Assembly: GCA_965216685.1 (NCBI GenBank)
Contig: OZ244195.1
Coordinates: 529,610-593,609, forward strand
DNA length: 64,000 nucleotides
From: Acidimicrobiales bacterium
Lineage (GTDB): Bacteria; Actinomycetota; Acidimicrobiia; Acidimicrobiales; SZUA-35
Direction of reading: 5' to 3'
The notes beneath the pieces are model-generated. The model was not told the DNA's origin and did not search any database. It saw nothing but the letters and a program-made list of their open reading frames with translations. Shown one piece after another: positions 1 through 9,628 of this stretch; position 1 is the first letter of the stretch, and each line of letters opens with the position of its first letter. The translations under genes were made by a program, and so were the position numbers.

Positions 1-17
1 CAACGTTGGTGGTCGAT

Positions 18-237
18 GTCGCTGATCCGGAGGATCAGCTAACCGAGTTTGCCTTAGACAAACTCTCTCGCTGGGCACTGCTGCCCTGGAGATCAATAAC
101 TCTCAACTGACAAGTCGCTGATCCGGAGGATCAGCTAACCGAGTTTGCCTTAGACAAACTCTCTCGCTGGGCACTGCTGCCCTGGAGATCAATAACTCTT
201 GGCTGACAACTCGCTGATCCGGAGGGATCAGCTAACC
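18..237. repeat. Tandem 96-bp structured non-coding repeat (2 identical 86-nt copies plus a truncated third copy)
   Basis: Copies 18-103 and 114-199 are identical. A partial diverged copy at 211-237 ends 16 nt from the recA stop. Each unit has hairpins at 21-39 (gctgatcc-gga-ggatcagc), 45-65 (gagtttg/caaactc, 7-nt loop) and 73-86 (gggca/tgccc). About 53% GC against a richer flank. No ORF on either strand. Confidence 0.9.
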
Positions 238-253
238 AAATGACCCTCCATAG

Positions 254-1300
254 CTACTGGTCGAGTGTTGCGGCGTCGGTATCAACATCGTCGTCGGTGT
301 CAGCGGCGTTTTCATCGGCGATGAGACCCACCTGACGCAACACCCGATCCTGGATCTCCATGACCAGCTCGGGACTCTCGACCAAGAAGTTCTTCACGTT
401 CTCCCGGCCCTGGCCCAGCTGCTCGCCCTCGTAGGTGTACCAGGCTCCCGACTTCTTGACCAGGTCGTTGTCGACGGCGATATCGAGCAGGGAACCTTCC
501 CGGCTGATGCCCTTGCCATACATGATGTCGAACTCGGCCTGACGGAACGGCGGGGCCACCTTGTTCTTCACCACCTTGACCCTGGTGCGGTTGCCGACCA
601 CTTCGGCGCCGTCCTTCAGCGATTCGATCCGGCGGATGTCGAGGCGAACCGAGCTGTAGAACTTGAGAGCTCGACCACCCGGTGTGGTCTCAGGCGAGCC
701 GAACATCACGCCGATCTTCTCCCGCAGCTGGTTGATGAAAATACAGATGGTGCCGGTCTTGCTGAGGTTGCCGGTGATCTTGCGCAGCGCCTGGGACATC
801 AACCGGGCCTGGAGGCCGACGTGGGTATCGCCCATCTCGCCCTCGATCTCGGCCCGGGGCGTGAGAGCGGCCACCGAGTCGACCACGATGACGTCGATCG
901 AACCGGACCGGACCAGAATGTCGGCGATCTCCAACGCCTGTTCCCCGGTATCGGGCTGTGAGATCAGCAACTCATCGACATCAACCCCGATGTTGGAGGC
1001 ATAGACCGGATCCATGGCGTGCTCGGCATCGATGTAGGCGCAGACCCCTCCGTTGCGCTGGGCCTCGGCCACCACATGCATGGCCAGGGTGGACTTGCCT
1101 GAGGATTCGGGACCATAGATCTCCACCACCCGGCCTCGGGGAAGACCCCCGACACCAAGCGCCAAGTCGAGGGCCAGGGCCCCGGTGGGGATCGTGGCCA
1201 CCTCCATTCCGGTGCGCTCACCCATCTTCATCACGGCGCCCTTGCCAAACTGTTTCTCGATGTTGCCGAGAGCCATCTCGAGCGCTTTGTTCTTCTCCAC
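254..1300 (-). CDS. recA: Recombinase RecA
   Basis: Translation [28 protein letters not shown]... with Walker [10 protein letters not shown] and the full RecA core. GTG at 1300 is preceded by AGGAG. The 497-aa track ORF is a 5' over-extension. Confidence 0.97.
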   Translation of the reverse strand: MEKNKALEMALGNIEKQFGKGAVMKMGERTGMEVATIPTGALALDLALGVGGLPRGRVVEIYGPESSGKSTLAMHVVAEAQRNGGVCAYIDAEHAMDPVYASNIGVDVDELLISQPDTGEQALEIADILVRSGSIDVIVVDSVAALTPRAEIEGEMGDTHVGLQARLMSQALRKITGNLSKTGTICIFINQLREKIGVMFGSPETTPGGRALKFYSSVRLDIRRIESLKDGAEVVGNRTRVKVVKNKVAPPFRQAEFDIMYGKGISREGSLLDIAVDNDLVKKSGAWYTYEGEQLGQGRENVKNFLVESPELVMEIQDRVLRQVGLIADENAADTDDDVDTDAATLDQ

Positions 1301-1542
1301 GGAATTGCTCCTGTCTTTCAGGATTTTGATTTGGCGGGGGATGACCGGCCTTGGGTGCTGGGGCCCTACCGGGACTGCAACCCACCTTACTGTCGGGGTG
1401 TGACAGCTTCGGGATGGGCTCGCCGAACCGGATGGGTCCAAGCGGTTCGAGCGTGACGCCAGTATTCTTGGGATAGGGGTGCGGTGAGTTCGGGGAGAAC
1501 TACAGAGCTGTAGTTCAACCGACCTCGGCATCACTGTAGTCC

Positions 1543-1556
1543 CGAACACTTGTTCG
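1543..1556. promoter_or_regulatory. Candidate LexA (SOS) box CGAAC-N4-GTTCG
   Basis: The perfect palindrome cgaacacttgttcg matches the actinobacterial/Gram-positive SOS-box core GAAC-N4-GTTC. It lies in the recA / lipoprotein divergent intergenic region, 243 nt from the recA start and 25 nt from the lipoprotein start. Confidence 0.55.
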
Positions 1557-1580
1557 TTCAACTCTCCGACTGGGAAAAGT

Positions 1581-2033
1581 TTGAGAATCTTCCTCAGGTT
1601 GATCGCCCTGGCCATTTCCGTCGCCATTGTGGCCGCCGGCTGCGGCGACGACGGCCCGGAGGTCACCAACGAGCAGCTTCTGGAGAGCATCGCCGGCGAA
1701 GATCTGACCCCGGCCGAAGTGGAGCGCCAGCTACAAGTCGCCTCCACCCTCTGCCGAACCGATCTTCAGGTTCTGGAACTGATGTGGCCAACCATGTCGG
1801 CTCGTCAGCTTCGCTTTCAGGACTTCGTCTTCGGCACCCACTGTCCGCAGCGCAGCGTCGACTACGCCCTGAGCACCGGTCGGTCTCTCACCGCCGAGGC
1901 CCACGCCGCCCTGGCCGCCGAGGCCGAGGCCGACCCGGACTCAGACCCGGACCCGGACCCGACCACCGGGGGCGAGGCGCCACCGTCACCGTCGACTCTG
2001 GTCTTGCCGACAACGCCCACCACCCGCCCCTGA
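1581..2033 (+). CDS. Small secreted lipoprotein (hypothetical)
   Basis: TTG start. The N-terminus [24 protein letters not shown] is a signal peptide with lipobox (AAGC). High third-position GC. Pro/Asp-rich C-terminus. Confidence 0.6.
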   Translation: MRIFLRLIALAISVAIVAAGCGDDGPEVTNEQLLESIAGEDLTPAEVERQLQVASTLCRTDLQVLELMWPTMSARQLRFQDFVFGTHCPQRSVDYALSTGRSLTAEAHAALAAEAEADPDSDPDPDPTTGGEAPPSPSTLVLPTTPTTRP

Positions 2034-2108
2034 CACCACTCCCCTATAGGGGCCCGTTGTGATCCAATTTGCGGTGGGTCGCCCGACGATTTCGAGTAGA
2101 ACTATGGA

Positions 2109-3131
2109 ATGAGCGAAACCCAGGACCCCTTCAGCGCCCCCTTTGGATCCCTGTTCGGCGACCGGATGACGGTGGCCATCTGGCGCGACGGGGTATACAG
2201 CTACTCCGGCCAGGCCGGGCCGCTGGAGAACTTCTCGCTCCACCCCGCCACCCATGCCTTCCACTACGGCAGCACCTGCTTCGAGGGGCTGAAGGCCCAC
2301 CGTCAGGTCGACGGTTCGCTGGCCATCTTCCGCCTCGACGACCATGTGGCCCGGATGATCCAGAGCATCAGCAAACTGCGGATGCAACCACCTGAGGCCG
2401 AACTGCTGCGCACCCTCATCGTCGACGCCGTCGAAGCCAACGCCTCGTTCACCCCCGATTCTCCCGGCTCGCTCTATATACGCCCGACCTTCATCGGCAC
2501 GTTGGAGAACATCGGTGCCGCCGCCGCCCCCAGCGACTCGGGCATCCTCTACGTGTTGTGTTCACCGGTGGGCGACTACTTCGCCGGTGGCGTCCGCCCT
2601 TTGTCGATCTACGTGGAGACCGACATCCCCCGCACCACCCCCCAGTTCGGCATGATCAAATCGGGAGCCAACTACGCCATGGCCCTCGGACCGACACTCG
2701 ACGCCAAACGCGATCACACGGTCGACCAGGTGCTGTTCGCCTCCGGTGGCGACATCACCGAAACCGGAGCGTCGAACTTCTTCCTGGTCGACGACCAGAG
2801 GCTGATCACCCGAGAGCTCGACGAGTCGTTCCTCCACGGGGTGACCCGGGCCTCGGTTCTGACCTTGGCCGCCGACCTGGGCTACGAGGTCGAGGAACGC
2901 AAGATCCCACTGGAGGAGCTGCAGGCCTGGTCGGAGCACGGCGAGGCCTTCCTGTCGGGAACGGCCGCCATCATCGCTCCGGTGGGCAAGATCGTGATCG
3001 CCGACGAGCACATCCAGATGGCCGACGGCCAACCGGGGCCCAACACGATGCGATTGCGGCAGGCTCTGGTCGACGTGCAGATCGGAGCGGCCGAGGACCG
3101 GCACCGGTGGCGCACCCCGGTGGCCGGCTGA
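2109..3131 (+). CDS. ilvE: Branched-chain amino acid aminotransferase (class IV PLP enzyme)
   Basis: 340 aa. The region HPATHAFHYGSTCFEGLKAHR...YIRP...GANYA is typical of IlvE-type class IV aminotransferases. Confidence 0.85.
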   Translation: MSETQDPFSAPFGSLFGDRMTVAIWRDGVYSYSGQAGPLENFSLHPATHAFHYGSTCFEGLKAHRQVDGSLAIFRLDDHVARMIQSISKLRMQPPEAELLRTLIVDAVEANASFTPDSPGSLYIRPTFIGTLENIGAAAAPSDSGILYVLCSPVGDYFAGGVRPLSIYVETDIPRTTPQFGMIKSGANYAMALGPTLDAKRDHTVDQVLFASGGDITETGASNFFLVDDQRLITRELDESFLHGVTRASVLTLAADLGYEVEERKIPLEELQAWSEHGEAFLSGTAAIIAPVGKIVIADEHIQMADGQPGPNTMRLRQALVDVQIGAAEDRHRWRTPVAG

Positions 3132-3146
3132 CGGCAACCCGATAGT

Positions 3147-3169
3147 GGTCGGCCCGGCCGCCGCCGACC
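3147..3169. terminator. Hairpin between convergent ilvE and cinA
   Basis: ggtcggc-(9 nt)-gccgacc, a 7-bp GC stem in the 43-nt convergent spacer. No U-tract. Confidence 0.35.
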
Positions 3170-3174
3170 GTCCC

Positions 3175-4476
3175 TCAGCTGAAACTGACCGGGGCGTCGG
3201 AGCCGGCGGCCGACATCCGCAGCCTCAACATGTTCAACAGCCCGATGGTGGCGAACTGTCGGATGCGTTCCCGGTCGCCGGGAAGCTGCATGGTGGTGGT
3301 GGCGTCGGCCCCTATCCCGGCATCGTCAAGACCGCTGATGGCGATGCAGACGGTGCCCACCGGGCGACCCTCCACCTCGGCCGGGCCGGCCACACCACTG
3401 GTGGCCAGACCGATGTCGGCCCCCAACCGGCGGCGAACCCCGGCGGCCATGGCGGCAGCCGCCGCTTCGGTCACGACCGGACCCGACGGTACCTCCAGTA
3501 GATCGAACTTGACGTTCGAGTGGTAGGCCACGATCGCCCCCCGGAACACCGAGCTGGCACCGTCGACGGCGCACAGCCGACCGGCCAGGTAGCCGCCGGT
3601 TACCGATTCGGCCACCGCCAGTGTCAGGTTGCGGCGCTCAAGCTCCCGGATCACCACCGTCTCCATGTTGTCGTCATCGGTGGCGAAGACGATGTCGCCC
3701 ATCAACGAACGCAGTACCGACTCCTCAGCGGCCAGGATGGCATCGGCCTGGGAGGCGTCGGGCGCTTTGGCCGTGATCCGAACCTTGAGGCCCTCGACTC
3801 CGCTGGCCAGGAAGGCCAGTGTCGGGTTGCCTGCCCGGTCGAGCTCCTCGATACGAGGGGCAAGCGCCTCGGCCAGGCCCGACTCCGATGAACCCCAGGT
3901 CCGCAGAACCCGGGATCGGATCACCGCCGGCTCACCCGACCGGGCGATGAGATCGCCGATCACCGTGCCCTCGACCATCTCCTTCATCTCGTAGGGAACG
4001 CCGGGTACGGCGTAGATCACCTTGGGTTCCCCATCGGGCGAGCGATCGGGCCCCACCGGACAAACCAGTCCGGGGGCGGTACCGGGCATCTGCTCCATTG
4101 TTCGGGCCCCGGCCGGGACCATTGCCTGGCGGAGGTTGTTTTCCGGCATGCGCCGGCCCCGGCTGGTGAACATGTGACGGATGCGGTCGGCGATGGCCTC
4201 GTCCAGCTCCAGTTCCACTCCCATGACCTCGGCGATGACGTCACGGGTCAGATCGTCCTGGGTGGGACCCAGACCGCCGCAACAGATGACCGCTTCGCTC
4301 CGGCTGAGCGCCAGGTCGAGGGCGGTCCGGATGCGACCGGGATTGTCACCGACCTTGGTCTGGTAGAAGGAGTCGAGCCCGGCCGCCGCCAGCTGCTGTC
4401 CGATCCACGACGAATTGGTGTCGACAATCTGGCCCAGCAACAGTTCGGTGCCAACGGCCACCACTTCCACTCGCAT
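3175..4476 (-). CDS. cinA: CinA-family competence/damage-inducible protein (MoCF-binding domain plus PncC nicotinamide-nucleotide amidase domain)
   Basis: MRVEVVAVGTELLLGQIVDTNSSWIGQQL... 433 aa. ATG is preceded by AAGGAG, which overlaps the upstream stop codon. Confidence 0.9.
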   Translation of the reverse strand: MRVEVVAVGTELLLGQIVDTNSSWIGQQLAAAGLDSFYQTKVGDNPGRIRTALDLALSRSEAVICCGGLGPTQDDLTRDVIAEVMGVELELDEAIADRIRHMFTSRGRRMPENNLRQAMVPAGARTMEQMPGTAPGLVCPVGPDRSPDGEPKVIYAVPGVPYEMKEMVEGTVIGDLIARSGEPAVIRSRVLRTWGSSESGLAEALAPRIEELDRAGNPTLAFLASGVEGLKVRITAKAPDASQADAILAAEESVLRSLMGDIVFATDDDNMETVVIRELERRNLTLAVAESVTGGYLAGRLCAVDGASSVFRGAIVAYHSNVKFDLLEVPSGPVVTEAAAAAMAAGVRRRLGADIGLATSGVAGPAEVEGRPVGTVCIAISGLDDAGIGADATTTMQLPGDRERIRQFATIGLLNMLRLRMSAAGSDAPVSFS

Positions 4477-4486
4477 TGCCAGCTCC

Positions 4487-6601
4487 TTAGGTCTCGATGG
4501 TTATGGCTCGAAGGGCCGGGGCCAGTACCTGATCGACCAGGGCCAACTGTTCGGCCGTTGACGAGACGAGAATCACGTAGGCCACGATGCCCGAGTCAGC
4601 GTCGACTTCGGTTTCGAACCACTCGACCGCCACCCCCGCCCCACTCCCGGTCCGGCGACTCCACTGGGAATCGAGTTCGGAGGGCCGGAGCGCCCCGGCG
4701 GTCGACGAACCGGTGAACGGTGCCGTCGGCGACAGCGTGAGGTTCCACTGCTGCTCGATGAACTGGGCCAGGTTCTGACCCAGCGACGAGTCGCCGGCCA
4801 GCTGGAACAACTGGGTCGGATCGAGAAACGACTGCTGGCGGTACTGGTCGCCCGACAGGCTGCCGGTCGTCCACCCCTCGGGTCGAACCGTGGTCACCGC
4901 CGCCCCCCAGGGCTCGACGACGTATTCGGCCGCCACCACCTCGATGGTCTCAGGACTGGGTCCGACGAATTGAAGGCGTTCAGCGGCCAAACAGGAAGAG
5001 TCGGGCGCACTGGCCGGGTCGTCGATGAAGGCGACGACGACGGACATACCACACGGGGTGGCGAACACCCCGTGGGATGCCGATGGGGCCACCACCAGAT
5101 GGGAATCGGAGAGGCCTCCGGCCGCCCGCTCGGCCCATGAGACCGGCGTTACCGGGTCGAAGGCACCGGCCAGGAGGAGGGTGGGGATGTCGCTGACCAC
5201 CGGCTCGTTGGCCTCGGCCGCCGCCTGACCGTTGTCGAACACGGCACAGGAGGCAAAGGCGTTGGTGCCGGTGTTGGAGGCCAGGTCGAAGGTGTCCCGT
5301 AGCCCGAACGGGTCCGGGGGGTCGACGACCGTGGCGGGGTCGGAGAAACTGATCTCCTCTCGACAGCTGAAGGCGTAGAACATGCCCTCGGACACGAAAC
5401 GCTCGCTGGTCCGCTGTTGACTGAGGAACTGCTCCACCACCCTGAGACCCCCCGCTTCCAGATCGGTGGCCAGCTCGGGTAGGTCGGTGAACCAGTCGGG
5501 CGAGTACAGGGCCTGGACGACGATGCCGATCAGTACATCGCCGGTCAGGTACATCTCGTCTTCCTCGCCTGAGACGAAGTCGGTGATCTCCACCCGAACG
5601 GGGTTGATCTGGAGGTCGTGAACGAGGTCTTCGAACCGTTCCATCAGATCGCCCTGACTGTCACAGGCCGCCTCGGCCCGGCAGGCCCGAGCCACCCGCT
5701 CATAGGACTCGGTGAAGGTCACGGGATTCTCGGCCACCGAATCAACTTCGGGGGGATAAACCGAATCAAGGACCACGGCCCGGATGCCGTCGGGATGCCG
5801 CCGCATGGACTCCAGGCCCAGTTTGGTTCCGTAGGACACACCGAACAGATTCCACTCCGGGTAGTCCAGGGCCCGGCGGATGGCGTCGGTGTCGTGGGCG
5901 TTGTTGAAGGAGTTGAAGTCGGCCAGATCGATGTCTGATGAACCCAGACGGTTGCGGCAGGCTCCCAGCGCATCGTAGTAGCGGCGCTTGGCCTCGGCGT
6001 CGGAGATGATGGGGATGTCCTCCAGCTGCCGGGTGGCCTCGGTGACCTCGGGGCAGGCGAGGGCGGGCTCGGCCAACCCGGCACCCCGCTGGTCGAACAC
6101 GACAACATCACTGCGGGCCAGGAGGGGGAGGAGGAGATCTTCGGTGGAAAACGCCAACGTCTCCAGAGCATGGCCACCGGGGCCACCCTCCAGATAGACG
6201 ACGGGATCGGCGGCCGGTTCAGCCGCCGTCGACGGGAACACCGCCACCGGCAGGATCACCGTTCCCTCGCCGGTCGACCAGTCCATCGGAACCTCAACGG
6301 TGCCGCAGCGGGGTTCGAGCTGCAGAGGCAGGCCGGACGGGCACGATCCGTCGGCGAAGATCGGATCGAACTCGATCGGGTCGGGAACCTCGGTCGGCGG
6401 CGACTGCTGATCAGCGGTTCCGGCGCCGCCGCTGCTGTCGGTCGAGCTGGGGTCGTCGTCAGCCTGGGCCGAGGTTCCGCCACCGGCACCATCGGGGTCG
6501 GCATCTTCACCGAGACCGACGCAGGCCATAAGGGTCAGGCCCGACACCATGAGGACCGACAACGCCTTCAGCCACCCCCTCAGGGACCCGGATCCACTCA
6601 C
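4487..6601 (-). CDS. Secreted/lipoprotein alpha/beta hydrolase, tripeptidyl-aminopeptidase-like (S33 family) with extra C-terminal domain
   Basis: Motifs VVYLEGGPGG, nucleophile elbow GVSYGTKLG and C-terminal SHGV. Lipobox LTLMAC. Preferred start is GTG 6601, which overlaps the pgsA TGA (GTGA). The track start at 6730 would overlap pgsA. Confidence 0.75.
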   Translation of the reverse strand: MSGSGSLRGWLKALSVLMVSGLTLMACVGLGEDADPDGAGGGTSAQADDDPSSTDSSGGAGTADQQSPPTEVPDPIEFDPIFADGSCPSGLPLQLEPRCGTVEVPMDWSTGEGTVILPVAVFPSTAAEPAADPVVYLEGGPGGHALETLAFSTEDLLLPLLARSDVVVFDQRGAGLAEPALACPEVTEATRQLEDIPIISDAEAKRRYYDALGACRNRLGSSDIDLADFNSFNNAHDTDAIRRALDYPEWNLFGVSYGTKLGLESMRRHPDGIRAVVLDSVYPPEVDSVAENPVTFTESYERVARACRAEAACDSQGDLMERFEDLVHDLQINPVRVEITDFVSGEEDEMYLTGDVLIGIVVQALYSPDWFTDLPELATDLEAGGLRVVEQFLSQQRTSERFVSEGMFYAFSCREEISFSDPATVVDPPDPFGLRDTFDLASNTGTNAFASCAVFDNGQAAAEANEPVVSDIPTLLLAGAFDPVTPVSWAERAAGGLSDSHLVVAPSASHGVFATPCGMSVVVAFIDDPASAPDSSCLAAERLQFVGPSPETIEVVAAEYVVEPWGAAVTTVRPEGWTTGSLSGDQYRQQSFLDPTQLFQLAGDSSLGQNLAQFIEQQWNLTLSPTAPFTGSSTAGALRPSELDSQWSRRTGSGAGVAVEWFETEVDADSGIVAYVILVSSTAEQLALVDQVLAPALRAITIET

Positions 6602-7191
6602 CGTTGCCCGGTGACCCGAAGAGCGCTCTGGCCATCCCAGGCGTACTGCAAGCCGCTGTAGAGGGTGAAGGCCACGGCGAACCACAGAAGGACGTCGGCC
6701 ACCCACGGACTGGCGTCGAGTGGGGGGCACAAGGCGGCGGCAATGGCCAAGCCCTGGACGAAGGTCTTGTATTTGGCCGAGGTTCGGGCCGGGATGGCCA
6801 AATTCCGTCGGCTCCAGTAGCTGCGATAGACCATGATGGCGACCTCACGCACGGCGATGAGGGCCACCGGCAGCCACCAGAAGCGGTCGATGGCCACCAG
6901 AACGGCCAGCGCAATGAGCACCACCGCCTTGTCGGCCAGTGGATCGAGAAAGGCACCGACCCGGGTGGGCCGGGAGCGCCGGGCCAGGCGGCCGTCGAGA
7001 AAGTCGGTGAACCCCAGGAAGAGGGCGAACCAGAAGCTGACCCACCACGGATTGCGGTGGGCGATCATCAGGCCCAGAGCCGGTGCCAGCACGATGCGGG
7101 CGATGGTGAGGGCATTGGCGGCCAAGGCCCAGCGGGAGGAGCCGATGAAATCCATCTGTTCGGGCTGATGCTGGACCGGGCCGTCAGCCAC
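6598..7191 (-). CDS. pgsA: CDP-diacylglycerol--glycerol-3-phosphate 3-phosphatidyltransferase
   Basis: CDP-alcohol phosphatidyltransferase motif DFLDGRLARRSRPTRVGAFLDPLADK. GTG 7191 follows GAGGTGG and overlaps the rimO stop. Alternative starts are 7206 and 7155. Confidence 0.88.
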   Translation of the reverse strand: MADGPVQHQPEQMDFIGSSRWALAANALTIARIVLAPALGLMIAHRNPWWVSFWFALFLGFTDFLDGRLARRSRPTRVGAFLDPLADKAVVLIALAVLVAIDRFWWLPVALIAVREVAIMVYRSYWSRRNLAIPARTSAKYKTFVQGLAIAAALCPPLDASPWVADVLLWFAVAFTLYSGLQYAWDGQSALRVTGQR

Positions 7192-8494
7192 CGACGACCA
7201 CCTCACTCCGGGCGGTCAGATCCGGCCCGACGGCTCCGTCGATGGTGACAGTGGCGAACGAGCCGACGGCCAGGGTCTCATCGACGTTGATGATGCCGTC
7301 GATCTCCGGCGCCTCACGGACCGACCGGGCCTGACCCGGAGCGTCGACCAGCACCTCGAGCCGCCTTCCGATCAAGACCGCCCGTTTTTCGGCGGTGATC
7401 CGATCCTGCAGCTCCCGTAGCTCGGCCAGCCGCTCCTCGATGAGACGGGGCGGAACCTTGCCCTCGAGGGACGCCCCGTGAGTGCCCTCCTCCTCGGAGT
7501 AGGCGAAGAACCCGCACCAGTCGAGCCGTGATCGTTCAACGAAGTCCAGAAGGGCGTCGTGGTCGTCCTCGGTTTCGCCCGGATAGCCGACAATGAAGTT
7601 CGATCGGAAGGTGGCCTCGGGCTCCCGGGCCCGGATGGTTTCGATGCGCTCGCCGAATCGAGCGCCGTCGCCCCAGCGGCGCATGCGGCGCATCAGTGGG
7701 GGCGAGACGTGTTGCAGGGAGAGGTCGAAGTAGGGGACGCCGCTCTGGCCGATGGCGTCGATCAACTCGTCGCTGAGATCGGACGGGTAGAGGTAGAGCA
7801 GGCGAACCCACCGAACCCGCCGGCCGGCCGCCTGCACCAGCGGCACGATGCGCCGTTCGCCCCGACCCTGGTCCCGACCATAGGCGGCCAGGTCCTGGGC
7901 CACCAGCACCACCTCCGAGACTCCGAGCTGGTCGATTTCATCGAGAATGGAGGCCATGGTTCTCGAACGCTGCTTGCCCCGGAAGCTGGGGATGGCGCAG
8001 AAGCCGCAGTTACGGTCGCAGCCTTCGGCCACCTTCACATAGGCCCACGGGGCGGTGGCCGGCGGCCGGGGCAGTTCCAGCAGATCGAAGGCCGACTGCG
8101 GGGCGGGACGGGTTGGCGCCAGCGAGACCGGAACAGCCGTGGCCGGCGCTGGACCGACCATCGCGTCGTCGGCCAGCAAGGCCGCTCCGAAGGGGGCGAC
8201 CCGGTCCACCTCGGGCAGGGCTTCGGCCAGTTCGGAACCGTAGCGTTCGGCCATGCAACCGGTGACCACCAGACGCGATCCCTGCTTGCGGGTCTGGTCG
8301 ACGGCCAGCACGGTATCGATCGACTCCTGTCGGGCCTGGTCGATGAAAGCGCAGGTGTTGACGACCACGACGTCGGCCTCGGCGGGGTCGTCGGCCGCCA
8401 CCAGGCCATCTCGGGCCAGGGTCCCGGTCAACTTGTCGGAGTCGACCTGATTCTTGGGGCAGCCCAAGGTTTCAATCCAATAGCTCTGCGCCAT
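7184..8494 (-). CDS. rimO: Ribosomal protein S12 methylthiotransferase RimO (radical SAM)
   Basis: MAQSYWIETLGCPKNQVDSDKL..., radical-SAM CDRNCGFC and a TRAM-like C-terminus. The track ORF (614 aa) is over-extended. ATG is at 8494. Confidence 0.88.
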   Translation of the reverse strand: MAQSYWIETLGCPKNQVDSDKLTGTLARDGLVAADDPAEADVVVVNTCAFIDQARQESIDTVLAVDQTRKQGSRLVVTGCMAERYGSELAEALPEVDRVAPFGAALLADDAMVGPAPATAVPVSLAPTRPAPQSAFDLLELPRPPATAPWAYVKVAEGCDRNCGFCAIPSFRGKQRSRTMASILDEIDQLGVSEVVLVAQDLAAYGRDQGRGERRIVPLVQAAGRRVRWVRLLYLYPSDLSDELIDAIGQSGVPYFDLSLQHVSPPLMRRMRRWGDGARFGERIETIRAREPEATFRSNFIVGYPGETEDDHDALLDFVERSRLDWCGFFAYSEEEGTHGASLEGKVPPRLIEERLAELRELQDRITAEKRAVLIGRRLEVLVDAPGQARSVREAPEIDGIINVDETLAVGSFATVTIDGAVGPDLTARSEVVVGG

Positions 8495-8579
8495 TGGCGA
8501 CCAGGCTACCCCTCCCCCTCCCACCTGTGCGCCCACCGCCCCGGTTCCAGGGTGTGGGCGGTACGGAACGGCGATGGGG

Positions 8580-9518
8580 TCAGAGGTTGTAGGCCAGCGG
8601 CAGCCCGGGGACCTCCCAAGGGCACGACACCAGACGACCGGATCCTGACAGGGTGACGAAGGCCGTGTCGTGGTTGGGTCCGCCGAAACAGATGTTGGTG
8701 GTGATCGGGTCGTCGAAGGGAATGAACCGGTGGGCCCCTTCGGGGGTGATGCTGGTGATGCCGCCCCGACGAATGGTGGCCACGCAGACGTTGCCCAGCG
8801 AGTCGACGGCCAGCGAATCGAACAACGGCCCACCCTCGGGATCGGCCAGGACCTCTCCCCGATGATCGGGACCGAAGTAGCCGGCGATCTCCCCGGGACC
8901 TGACAGCGGCCACTGGTAGACCCGGCCCTGGAAGGTCTCGGCCACGTACAGCACGTCTTGTTCGGGCGACAGGCCCACGCCGTTGGGGGCGTCAAGCGGA
9001 TAGACGACCTCCCGGATCTCCGAACCATCGGCCCGGGCGTAGTAGAGGCCGCCTCGATCCCGCTGACGGGGCCGGATCTTGCCGTGGTCGGTGAACCAGA
9101 ACCCTCCGCTGTCGTCGAACACCAGATCGTTGGGTCCCCGCAGCATGATCCCGTCGACCTCGTCGTAGAGGACGTCGATCTCGCCGGTCTCGAGGTCGAC
9201 CCGTTGGATCTTGCCGCCGGTGTAGTTGTCGGGTTGGTTACCGGGAACCGTCAAACCGTTGACCTCGCTCCAGACAAGGCCACCGTTGTTGCACACATAG
9301 ATCTTGCCGTCCGGGCCGACGGCGGCGCCGTTGGGTCCGCCTTTGAGGTCGGCCACGATGTCGACGTCTCCCTCGGGCGACACCCTGGTCAGGGTTCCCC
9401 GGGCGATCTCGACCAGCAGCACCGACCCGTCGGAGAGCCACACCGGCCCCTCGGGAAACATGAGGTTGCTGACGAGCAGGGTGGTTTCAACCGGCTCTCC
9501 GGATGTTCGAATATGCAA
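8580..9518 (-). CDS. SMP-30/gluconolactonase/LRE-family beta-propeller protein
   Basis: 312 aa. FPEGPVWLSDGSVLLVE..., repeated GPNG/PNGV blades, and the DxxG..WFTD motif. Confidence 0.8.
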   Translation of the reverse strand: MHIRTSGEPVETTLLVSNLMFPEGPVWLSDGSVLLVEIARGTLTRVSPEGDVDIVADLKGGPNGAAVGPDGKIYVCNNGGLVWSEVNGLTVPGNQPDNYTGGKIQRVDLETGEIDVLYDEVDGIMLRGPNDLVFDDSGGFWFTDHGKIRPRQRDRGGLYYARADGSEIREVVYPLDAPNGVGLSPEQDVLYVAETFQGRVYQWPLSGPGEIAGYFGPDHRGEVLADPEGGPLFDSLAVDSLGNVCVATIRRGGITSITPEGAHRFIPFDDPITTNICFGGPNHDTAFVTLSGSGRLVSCPWEVPGLPLAYNL

Positions 9519-9628
9519 CGTGAGTCGCTCCCGTGACTTGACGAATCCGCCTTCGTCAGTAATCGGTTCAATTGTAATCGATCAACGTATCAGGCCAAGG
9601 AACCCTCCGTCGGCCCGCCGATCGACGT

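Noticed and set aside
18-237. CRISPR array or tRNA-like interpretation of the recA-distal repeat
   Set aside because: The whole 86-nt unit is repeated and the variable part is only 10-11 nt, so this is not a repeat/spacer organisation. There is no T-loop or acceptor-stem geometry, and the 7-nt loop lacks U33, so it is not a tRNA.
254-1747. Long 5' extensions of track ORFs: recA 497 aa, rimO 614, ribF 443, truB 377, infB 1076, nusA 545, rimP 281, dxr 579, rpsP 261, comM 548, whiG 346, rimM 226
   Set aside because: The extensions overlap the upstream gene or lack coding character. Conserved N-termini, SD motifs and stop/start overlaps place the real starts downstream.
8521-8579. Another TGTGCGC-containing sequence 3' of the SMP-30 gene as a further copy of the palindrome family
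   Set aside because: Only the left 7-8 nt match and there is no GCGCACA partner arm. A different 7-bp hairpin (accgccc/gggcggt) is present, so the resemblance is treated as chance or at best a remnant.
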